From positions 608,001-672,000 of the forward strand of contig CAVQUB010000005.1 in assembly GCA_963716725.1 (NCBI GenBank): a stretch of DNA of 64,000 bases. Direction: 5' to 3'. The notes beneath the pieces are model-generated. The model searched no databases, was not told the DNA's origin, and was given only the letters and a program-made list of their open reading frames with translations. Below, piece after piece: positions 56,318 to 64,000 of this stretch. Each line of letters begins with the position of its first letter. Position 1 is the stretch's first letter. The position numbers and the translations under genes were made by a program. The DNA comes from an uncultured delta proteobacterium (GTDB lineage: Bacteria; Myxococcota_A; Polyangia; Polyangiales; Polyangiaceae).

Positions 56318-58072
56318 TCAGTCTCCGGCTTTGAACAGGTGGCAGCCGCTGCAGCGATTCGCTTCGGGATGATGCTTCTGTAGGTTGGTGTGACACGCAG
56401 CGCACGCGGCGCGTTCGGGTCGATCGTCCCCGTGGCCGGTATGGCACTTGATGCATTCCCGGTGGTTGGGATCGAGGTGCAGCCCGGCGAGCGTATTGGT
56501 CTGGTGGCAAGCGGTGCAACTTGGAGGCTTGGCGACCCCGCCGGGGCCGTGGGCGCGGTGGCACTTGGCGCAGCCGCCATCGACCCGGGCGTGAGGAGTC
56601 TTTTCTGCGGCCTGGTGGCAGCGAGCGCAACCCCCCGGAGTCGTCTGGCCCGTGTGTGGTTCATGGCACGTCGAGCACTGCTTGTGTCCGCCGGGGGCGC
56701 TCTGGTGTTCCTTGGCGTGGCAGCTGTCGCAGCGCTTCTGTACGCCCGCGCTGTGGGGATCGTGGCAGCGTTGACAGCCGGCGTGCCCCCGATTGACCTG
56801 AGCCGCTTGCCGCTCGTGGCAGGTCTTGCAGGTCTGCACTGCGAAGGGTTTGTGCGGAAGGCCAGCGTGGCACTCGCCACACTTGCGGTGGCCTTTGCTC
56901 TGGGCCGCCAGGGTCACCTCTTGTCCGTGGCAGCGCGCGCAAGTGGCCGTGTTGTCCTTGGCCAACCCAAACTGGTGAGGTGTGTGGCAGCCCACGCAGG
57001 GCACTGTCTTGGCGTGGAATCCCTTGTCGCCAGCCGCGTCCGTGTGGCAGCTCGAGCAGGGTCGCGGTCGGGCAGCGGCGGCGTTGCCGGGGTGCGGATC
57101 GTGGCACGAGGTGCAGGCCGACGCCTTGCCCTTTGCTCGAGGGTGGTCCGTCTTGCCCGCGCCGTGACAAGCGACACACGCGCCGCTGGGATCGGCCTTC
57201 ACGTCATGCGGGCGATGACACGAGTTGCATTGAGCATGGGCCGCGATGCGCCCGCCGCCCAAGACCGGTCGGTCTTCGTGACACGAACGGCAGCTCACCA
57301 CGTTTTCGGGACGGAAGTCGTGGGGCCGATGACACCCGGTGCATTTCTCGTGTCCTTCGACGAAGAGCGCGGTCGCCGGCACGATGGGTTTCTGCTCGGC
57401 GTGGCAACCGGCGCAGCTGAGGTTGGCGGCCTTGCCCGGCGCGTGCTGCGAGGCGTGGCAGGTGGTGCATACCTGCTCCGGCGACTTGCCTTCGGTGGCG
57501 TGGGTGGCGTTCACACCGCTGTGGCAGGTCGGGCAGCTCGTCTGTTCGACGGGCGGCTTTGCGTGGGGCTGATGACAGGTCTGGCACGCCTGAGAGCGGT
57601 GCACGACCACCGCCGGAACGTCGCCTTCGGGGTGCTCGCTGTGGCAGCGCTGACAATCCCAGGCCCCCGGGGCCGCCTTCGGGTCGAGCTCGGGCTTCTG
57701 ACTGAAGGCGTGGCAGTCCAGGCAGCTCGCGCCCGCGGTCGGGCCATGGAGCTTGCGGGCGTTCTCGGCGCCGTGCACGATCTCGGCTTCGCCTTGGTGG
57801 CACTCCGTGCATCGCTCCTGAGGGACCGGGCCGAGCACACCCTGATCGAGCTCGTGGCACTTGCTGCACTCGATCTTGCGCTTGCCGACGTGGGTCTCGT
57901 GGCTGCGCACCTTCCGAGCGTCGGCCCATTCGACCGGGATCCTCACGCCCGCGTTGGTGGCTGGGCCTTCATCGCCGCAGGCTGCGAGCAGCAGACCGAC
58001 GATCGTCGCCAAGACGGCGACGAGCCCGCGACGTGCAAGGTCTGCGCGTGCCTTGGGGCGATTCGAGGTCAT
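56318..58072 (-). CDS. High-molecular-weight multiheme cytochrome c lipoprotein, 27 CxxCH
   Basis: Lipobox LAAC, 27 CxxCH counted, recurring CxxCHxPH units. Confidence 0.9.
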   Translation of the reverse strand: MTSNRPKARADLARRGLVAVLATIVGLLLAACGDEGPATNAGVRIPVEWADARKVRSHETHVGKRKIECSKCHELDQGVLGPVPQERCTECHQGEAEIVHGAENARKLHGPTAGASCLDCHAFSQKPELDPKAAPGAWDCQRCHSEHPEGDVPAVVVHRSQACQTCHQPHAKPPVEQTSCPTCHSGVNATHATEGKSPEQVCTTCHASQHAPGKAANLSCAGCHAEQKPIVPATALFVEGHEKCTGCHRPHDFRPENVVSCRSCHEDRPVLGGGRIAAHAQCNSCHRPHDVKADPSGACVACHGAGKTDHPRAKGKASACTSCHDPHPGNAAAARPRPCSSCHTDAAGDKGFHAKTVPCVGCHTPHQFGLAKDNTATCARCHGQEVTLAAQSKGHRKCGECHAGLPHKPFAVQTCKTCHERQAAQVNRGHAGCQRCHDPHSAGVQKRCDSCHAKEHQSAPGGHKQCSTCHEPHTGQTTPGGCARCHQAAEKTPHARVDGGCAKCHRAHGPGGVAKPPSCTACHQTNTLAGLHLDPNHRECIKCHTGHGDDRPERAACAACHTNLQKHHPEANRCSGCHLFKAGD

Positions 58073-58128
58073 GACGCGCACGATAGATTGCCTCACGCGA
58101 GCCGAGATGACAAAGAGGACGTGGCACC

Positions 58129-58854
58129 GTGCTGTCACACGTCACCCCCGCCGGTTGGTTCTGTTTGGTGGCCGCAGCTGCGTCCGCCGCCATCGTCATC
58201 TGGTACTTGGTCAAAGAGCCACCGCTCTTTCTCAGGACCAAGCTCACGCTCTTGTTCGGAGTCGGCGCGCTGCCGGCGGCGGTGGCGGTGAGCTCCACCA
58301 CCATCGGGATGCAAGAGACGACCGAGCGCAGGTTTTGCGGCTCGTGCCACGTGATGCAGAGACACACCTGGAACTCGGAGCAGCCGGAGAGCATGTCGCT
58401 GGCCGCGCGGCATGCGCGAAATCCGTTTTTCGGTGATCGCAACTGCTACGTCTGCCACGCCGACTACGGGATGCTCGGTTATCCGTTGACCAAGATGAAC
58501 GGCATGAAGCACGTCTGGCACTACTACTTCGGCGGATACAAGGACAAGTCGCTCGAAGCAGCCGTTGACGAGATCGACCTCTACAAACCCTACGACAATT
58601 TGAACTGCCGGCAGTGCCACTCCGGCACGCTCGTACACTTCAAGAGCATCGCCGATCATCAATCGCTCGAGACCGAGCTCGCGAACAACCGAGTGAGCTG
58701 CACCAGCGGTGGCTGTCACGGCTTCGCCCATCCCTTCAGCAAGTTCGGCAAGAAGGCGCCCAAGCCGAACGACGTGAAGGCAGCCCACTCGGCCGCGAAC
58801 AGCGCGGCGCCGGTCGGCTCCGCGGCGCCGGCTGCGTCCGGAGGCGCTCCGTGA
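58129..58854 (+). CDS. NapC/NirT-family membrane-anchored quinol dehydrogenase cytochrome c
   Basis: Two N-terminal TMs, TTERRFCGSCHVM, CYVCHADYG...K..G..H, CRQCH and atypical CTSGGCH. Confidence 0.85.
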   Translation: MLSHVTPAGWFCLVAAAASAAIVIWYLVKEPPLFLRTKLTLLFGVGALPAAVAVSSTTIGMQETTERRFCGSCHVMQRHTWNSEQPESMSLAARHARNPFFGDRNCYVCHADYGMLGYPLTKMNGMKHVWHYYFGGYKDKSLEAAVDEIDLYKPYDNLNCRQCHSGTLVHFKSIADHQSLETELANNRVSCTSGGCHGFAHPFSKFGKKAPKPNDVKAAHSAANSAAPVGSAAPAASGGAP

Positions 58855-59130
58855 GCATCCGGTCCACGGTTGCCCGGCTGCCGCAGCGCTTGCTGCTCCG
58901 CACAGCCTGTTACCTCGTGCTCGCAGCGCTGTTGGTGATGTGCGCTTCGATTCTTGGTTCCCAAGCCAGTCGCGGTCATCGCGGCCATGAGCGTCGGGCA
59001 CGTCTTGGGCGCCCTCGGCGTCGCGTGTTTTGGACTCGGGGTATTGGTCGAGATGGCAACCCGGCCCGGGGCGCCGACCTCCGTCCGGCCGCCGACCGTG
59101 ACCGCGGACCCGGACGAAGACCACGACTGA
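58851..59130 (+). pseudogene. Small two-TM protein coupled to the NapC-like gene, with one extra base near 58955
   Basis: VSIRS...LVLAALLVMCASIL continues after a +1 shift as VPKPVAVIAAMSVGHVLGALGVACFGLGVLVE...DHD*. May be a sequencing error. Confidence 0.55.
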
Positions 59131-59181
59131 GAGCCGGCTGCCGCCCCTCGCCGAAGCGACGCCGGTCCCCATCGCCACCCG

Positions 59182-61263
59182 CTACTGGGGCATCGGGTGG
59201 CAGAGCGCGCAGGCATCGGTGTAGGGGATCGGCATCATGTCGGACGCCTTGGTGGCGATGGCGGCCTTCTTAGGCACGTCGAAGACGTGGGACGAAATGT
59301 CGCCGTGGTAGTAGGTGGTGCCGCCGGCGGTGAGCCCAACCCTGCCGGCGCCGGACTTCGCGGTCTTCGGCATGTGGCACTGGACGCAGGTCGTATTCGG
59401 CTTCGCCACGTCGGGCACGCCGTAGAGTTTGTAGTGAGCGCGCATGCGGTCGGTGAAGGTCGCCCCCGCGGGGAAGGTCGCGCCGTGGCAGCTCATGCAG
59501 AAACCCTCGCCGGTGGCGGTGTTGTCTTCCGCGCCGCGCAGTTGGTGCTTCTGTTGAGTCTTGCCGTGGGAGTCGTGACACGACGAGCAGGTGATCAGGT
59601 GCGTGTCGTTTCGGTACTTGCCCGAGCGCAGGAAGTCAGTGACCTGTTGGTGGTGCTTCTTGGAGTGTTTGCCGTCACCCTTGACGGTGTCCCACATGCC
59701 GTCGTCGAACTTCGACACATGATTCGCCAAGAAGTCGGCGCGTGAGATGCCCGCCACCGGCATTCGGCCGCTGGCGTTCATGGGAGTCTCGGTGGCTCCG
59801 CCGCCAACACCGAGAGGCCGGCTGTGGCACTGCGTGCAGATTGCGACCTCGCGCTCGGGCGTGAGCAGGTAGGGGCTCACGATGGCGCGGCCTTGGCCGG
59901 CCCACTCCCAGTGCTCCGAGCCCGGGCCGTGGCAGGTCTCACAGCCCATGTTCAGCTGCTCGAGCTTGCCGTCCCCGTCGAAGTCCATCTCGCCCTTGTC
60001 GTCGGGCACGCCGTGGGCAGTCCAGCCGCTCGTGGCGTCGCCGGTCAGCTTGAAGCCCGTCATGTGACAGCCGGCGCAGTTGTTGTCGAAGGACTTGGTC
60101 TTGGTCGGCTCTTTGAGGGCCTTGCCCGCCTCGTCGTACCAGTTCTGCGCGTTGTAGTGCTGCCAGACCCAGCGCGACGAAGGCGAAGTCGCCTCGGCCG
60201 TGAGTCCCTCGAAGTTGTACTGGAGCGGGATGATGTACCAGCTCGCGCCGATCTTGGTCATGTAGCGCTGCTTGTAGAGCCCGCCGCCGTAGCTGATTCG
60301 CGCTTCGTAGGTCTTGGTCGCCGCGGTCCCCGCCACGTTGGTCAGGTCGACGTAGTACTTGCCTGCGCTGGAGTAGAGCTTCATCGTGAAGCTCACGCCA
60401 GTGCCCGGGTTCGTCTCCGATACCTTCCAGTCCGGGGAGGTCGCGTTGCCGTTGTAAGCGTAGACGAAGAGCATCGTCCCAGAGGCGCTGAACTTGGTGT
60501 CGATGGGCTTGGTCCACTCGGGGAAGCGGCTGTAGTCCTGCAGACCGCCCGTCTGTCCCATCACCTTCAGTCCCAGCGCGTGCAAGGTCTGCTTCTGGTG
60601 GTTCATGCCGTGACAGCTCAGGCACACGCTGGTGCCCACGTACTCGGCCTTGGCGCTGGGCTTGGTCGAGAGGTCGATGTTCCACTGCTTGCCGACGAGC
60701 GCGGTCGATGCCGACGCAGTGCGGCACATGCTGCCGCCGGGCAAGTGCGCGTCGTCCGTCTTGGCGGGCACGACCGTGACGAAGTAGCTGCCGGGCGGGA
60801 CGGTGGCGACGCGGTAGACGCCGTCGGGATCAGTGACGGCCTGCGGGTACGACGCGCCCTTGGCCGCGATGGGATCCTCGAGGGGTTCGTCGATGGCGCT
60901 CGTCTTCTCGACGGCGATGTCTTTCGGTTCGAGCAGCGCCGTGGGGATGTCGGCGCTCGGCACGAGGTACACCGTCGCGCCGACCACGGGCTTGTCGGCG
61001 GTGTCTTTCACGACGCCAACGATTCCGGTGGGCTCGAGCGCCAAGTACCCTTGCCGGGGCGGGCCCGGGGGCCCCGCCTCGCCCGCGGGTCCGGGCTCAC
61101 CGACGGAGCCGTCGGCGCCGGGCTCACCAGGCAATCCCGTCGCGCCGTCGGCGCCGTTCTTGCCCGGCTTGCCATCGGCTCCGTCGTCCCCGCCGCAACC
61201 TGAAGCAAGCGCGAACGCGCTCACTACTACCCAACCGAGATACGAAGTGCGGCGAATGGACAT
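59182..61263 (-). CDS. Octaheme cytochrome c lipoprotein with collagen-like and beta-sandwich N-terminal domains
   Basis: Lipobox ASGC, G-X-Y repeats, GVVKD...VVGATV.L carboxypeptidase-regulatory-like domain, 8 CxxCH including GCETCHGPGSEH. Confidence 0.88.
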   Translation of the reverse strand: MSIRRTSYLGWVVVSAFALASGCGGDDGADGKPGKNGADGATGLPGEPGADGSVGEPGPAGEAGPPGPPRQGYLALEPTGIVGVVKDTADKPVVGATVYLVPSADIPTALLEPKDIAVEKTSAIDEPLEDPIAAKGASYPQAVTDPDGVYRVATVPPGSYFVTVVPAKTDDAHLPGGSMCRTASASTALVGKQWNIDLSTKPSAKAEYVGTSVCLSCHGMNHQKQTLHALGLKVMGQTGGLQDYSRFPEWTKPIDTKFSASGTMLFVYAYNGNATSPDWKVSETNPGTGVSFTMKLYSSAGKYYVDLTNVAGTAATKTYEARISYGGGLYKQRYMTKIGASWYIIPLQYNFEGLTAEATSPSSRWVWQHYNAQNWYDEAGKALKEPTKTKSFDNNCAGCHMTGFKLTGDATSGWTAHGVPDDKGEMDFDGDGKLEQLNMGCETCHGPGSEHWEWAGQGRAIVSPYLLTPEREVAICTQCHSRPLGVGGGATETPMNASGRMPVAGISRADFLANHVSKFDDGMWDTVKGDGKHSKKHHQQVTDFLRSGKYRNDTHLITCSSCHDSHGKTQQKHQLRGAEDNTATGEGFCMSCHGATFPAGATFTDRMRAHYKLYGVPDVAKPNTTCVQCHMPKTAKSGAGRVGLTAGGTTYYHGDISSHVFDVPKKAAIATKASDMMPIPYTDACALCHPMPQ

Positions 61264-61430
61264 GCGACCTCCTGAGCTCGAGCGCGTTCGAATCCGCACA
61301 GCGGACCACAAAGCGCGCACCGCGGCCCAATAGCGCGATTGTTCAGTGCTCCGTCGCGCGAAAATTGCAGCCGGCCGGGCGTCGCGCTGGCTTTGCGGCC
61401 GGCGTGGTACGCTCGGCGGCGAGGGAAATC

Positions 61431-62738
61431 ATGCAATCTCGGCTTCTTGGAGCGGCGCTGGCGTTTTCGTCCCTGGCTTGGGGCCTCGCGGGAGGGTGCT
61501 CGGCATCGAGCGGCGGCGGCGGCGGCGGCGGTGCTGGCGCCGGCGGGTCTGGCGGCACTACCGGCGGAACTGGCGGCGGAGGCATCGGCAATACCGGCGG
61601 GTTCATCGACAGCGGGCCCAGCGATGGCCCGGCCGGAGACGCCTGCGCCGAGCTACAAGTCGAGGCCAAGCAGGCCCCGCTGGCGATGCTCGTGGTGCTC
61701 GACAAGAGCACCAGCATGGCGCAGGCGGGCAAGTGGACCGCCGCGCAGCTCGCGATCGTCCAGGCCATCGACACCGCGGGCTTCGACAACCTCGCGCTGG
61801 GCATGCTGCTCTATCCCGCGGGCGACGTGCCCGGACCGGCGTGCGTCTTCGGCCTCTCGGTTTCGTGCGGGGTGTCGGCGCTGGCGCAGGTTCCCATCGC
61901 AGACACCGGCTCTGCCAAGAGCAACGCACCGGGAGTCCGCCAACAGATCTACAACTGGCTCGCGAGCAACCAACCCAATGGAACCGCGACGCCGGGCTAC
62001 GACGCGCTCAAAGCCGCGATCGCGGGCGTTGGCGCGTATTCGATGCCGGCCGGTGCGCTCCGCGTCGTGCTCTTGATCTCCGACGGCGGCTTCACCTGTA
62101 CGTCGCTTTCCAACCCGAAGCGTCCTGCCTATTTGGACTCGATCGGTTGCGAAGACTGGGAGCACCCGGACAACGTGGTGAGCATGCTCGACGCCGCCTA
62201 CAAGGATCCGACCAAGCCCACGCGCACGCTGGTGATCGGCGTGCCGGGGTCCGACACCAAGCCCACCGATTCCGAGGCCCCGCCCTATTACATGCGGCGA
62301 GCGCTCTCGGCCTTCGCCAAGGCGGGCGCACCGGACCTGGTCCCCGCCGGCTGCGATGGCACCTATCAGCAGAGCCAGGGCGATCCCGCCCTCGAATGCC
62401 ACTACGATCTCACCAAGGGGACCTTCAACGCCCAGGCCCTCGCCGACTCCATCGTCAAGATCCGTGGAGCGGTGCTCGGCTGCGTCTACCAACTTCCCGA
62501 TCCGGGCGCCGGCAAGACTCTCGACAAGAAGAAGGTCAACGTAGTGGTCACCCTCGATGGCAAGACCACGACGGTGCCGCAACGGAGCGATCCCAACGAC
62601 CACTGCCTGGGGTCGCCCTGCTGGGATTACGACGCGACCGGCCAGGTCGTGCTGATCGGTGCCGTGTGCTCGGACGTGCAGAAGTCCTCCAACGCCAAGG
62701 TGGAGATCCAGGTCGGCTGCGCGACCATCGTAAAGTGA
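61431..62738 (+). CDS. VWA-domain lipoprotein
   Basis: Lipobox AGGC, Gly linker, MIDAS DKSTSM...T...LISDG. Confidence 0.85.
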   Translation: MQSRLLGAALAFSSLAWGLAGGCSASSGGGGGGGAGAGGSGGTTGGTGGGGIGNTGGFIDSGPSDGPAGDACAELQVEAKQAPLAMLVVLDKSTSMAQAGKWTAAQLAIVQAIDTAGFDNLALGMLLYPAGDVPGPACVFGLSVSCGVSALAQVPIADTGSAKSNAPGVRQQIYNWLASNQPNGTATPGYDALKAAIAGVGAYSMPAGALRVVLLISDGGFTCTSLSNPKRPAYLDSIGCEDWEHPDNVVSMLDAAYKDPTKPTRTLVIGVPGSDTKPTDSEAPPYYMRRALSAFAKAGAPDLVPAGCDGTYQQSQGDPALECHYDLTKGTFNAQALADSIVKIRGAVLGCVYQLPDPGAGKTLDKKKVNVVVTLDGKTTTVPQRSDPNDHCLGSPCWDYDATGQVVLIGAVCSDVQKSSNAKVEIQVGCATIVK

Positions 62739-62851
62739 GAGCGCCTAACCCCGGGCGCTCACGGAATATTTCCCGCGCGTCGACGAATCGCGTCCGTGGG
62801 CCCTGATCCCTGGCGCAGGGGGGGCGTCTGCCTTATCTTGCCCGCGAAACC

Positions 62852-63556
62852 ATGAATCAACAATACGCAGCCACGTTCGCCAGAGGGCGGGCCGCGGCGA
62901 ACCCCGTTGAAGCGCGCGCCAAGTTCATCGTCCGCACCTACAACCATCTCTTCGCCGCCATCCTGCTCTTCGCGGCCATCGAGGTCGGTCTGTTCATGTC
63001 GGGCCTCGCCGGCGTGATCGCGCAGGCCATGATGGGCACCAGCTGGCTCCTGGTGCTGGGCGGCTTCATGGTGGTCAGCTGGGGCGCGAGCCACGTCGCC
63101 CACCGTTCGCTGTCCAAGCCCGCGCAGTACGCGGCGCTGCTGGCGATGGTCGGCGTCCAGGCCATCATCTTCGTGCCGCTGTTGGTCATCGCCGACGCCG
63201 TGGCGCCCGGAGCCATCCAGAGCGCGGCGCTCGTGACCATGCTCGGCTTCGCAGGTCTCACCGCCGTCGCCTTCGTCACCCGCAAAGACTTCTCGTTCCT
63301 GCGCGGCCTGCTGCTCTGGGGCGGAATAGTGGCCGTGGTCGCCATCGTCGCCGGCGTGGTGTTCAGCTTCCAGCTCGGGACCTTCTTCAGCGTGTTGATG
63401 GTCGGCTTCGCCGGCGTCGCCATCCTTTACGACACCTCCAACGTCATCCACCACTTCCCCGAAGACCGCTACGTCGCCGCGGCGCTCGAACTCTTTGCGT
63501 CGGTGGCGCTGATGTTCTGGTACGTGCTCAGGATCTTCATCGCCACGCGAGACTGA
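62852..63556 (+). CDS. Bax inhibitor-1/YccA-family membrane protein
   Basis: FIVRTYNHL, RKDFSFL and ILYDTS...YVAAALELF motifs, ~7 TM. Confidence 0.9.
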   Translation: MNQQYAATFARGRAAANPVEARAKFIVRTYNHLFAAILLFAAIEVGLFMSGLAGVIAQAMMGTSWLLVLGGFMVVSWGASHVAHRSLSKPAQYAALLAMVGVQAIIFVPLLVIADAVAPGAIQSAALVTMLGFAGLTAVAFVTRKDFSFLRGLLLWGGIVAVVAIVAGVVFSFQLGTFFSVLMVGFAGVAILYDTSNVIHHFPEDRYVAAALELFASVALMFWYVLRIFIATRD

Positions 63557-63639
63557 GCGCTCGGGCTCTGAATCTGGACCGGGGCAAGGTCGTCGAAGCA
63601 CTGGCATCGGCTGGCCGCTTGATCGTGAAAGGGAACTTC

Positions 63640-64000
63640 ATGCGCGCTCTCGAGCTTTCGTTCATCACCGCCTTCGTTGCTCTGCTCGGCACGGCCTGCT
63701 CCGTCACCTGCATCGAGGACGCCAGCGGCACGCGCTGTTCGGCCAAGAGCCTCGTGCGCTACGATGGACCGCCCAGCGCTCCGCAGGCCTTCGATCGGGC
63801 CCCGGGCTCACCGTTGGTGGTCGATGTCCTGTACGGCAACGTCGAGCTCCAACGCAGCACCAGCGGCAAGCTCGAGGTGCAGTTCTTCCCCTTCGCCTAC
63901 GCAGGTCACGACGAGAAGGTCCTGGCCGATCAGCAGCTCGCCCAGAACCTGAGAACCTCGGCCACCGGCAACGCGGTCACGGTCGGGCGCGAGGGCGGGA
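63640..64000 (+). CDS. Hypothetical lipoprotein, partial (runs off the window)
   Basis: MRALELSFITAFVALLGTAC lipobox, with the frame open to the end of the window. Confidence 0.6.
   Translation, partial: MRALELSFITAFVALLGTACSVTCIEDASGTRCSAKSLVRYDGPPSAPQAFDRAPGSPLVVDVLYGNVELQRSTSGKLEVQFFPFAYAGHDEKVLADQQLAQNLRTSATGNAVTVGREGG

Noticed and set aside
62739..62760. Hairpin gagcgcc-N8-ggcgctc after the VWA gene
   Set aside because: The stem is short and has no U-tract, which is too weak to call a terminator in GC-rich DNA.
1..64000. tRNA, rRNA, prophage or defence-system genes
   Set aside because: No recognisable signatures, and the intergenic spaces are short.

Overview
A GC-rich window with the hallmarks of a myxobacterium, probably Polyangiales-like: many Gly-linker/Cys-rich lipoproteins, a MYXO-CTERM-type amidase, a eukaryote-like Ser/Thr kinase and a VWA lipoprotein. 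It holds about 54 genes and no rRNA, tRNA or CRISPR array. It opens with the 3' end of an IS1182-like element abutting narK and includes housekeeping genes (typA, pckG, pheA, PPi-type PFK, nhaR-terC-USP). Three accessory systems stand out. (1) 36.5-46.3 kb: a double-DUF350 protein, a glutathionylspermidine-synthase-like ligase and a protein with a YgiB/DUF1190-like Gly/Ser/Arg tail, joined by a Rieske oxygenase and three Fe(II)/2-oxoglutarate-type oxygenases. An internally deleted alpha-2-macroglobulin fragment between ~75-bp direct repeats interrupts this locus. (2) 51.4-61.3 kb: a porin-multiheme cytochrome locus with a beta-barrel, 12-, 15-, 27- and 8-heme cytochromes, a NapC/NirT protein and an NrfJ-like OB-fold protein (66 heme motifs counted by eye), which looks like a full trans-envelope electron conduit. 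(3) 14.5-19.1 kb: a GtrA/MMPL/IPC-synthase-like/CDP-alcohol phosphotransferase lipid cluster. All calls come from reading motifs by eye; no searches were run.
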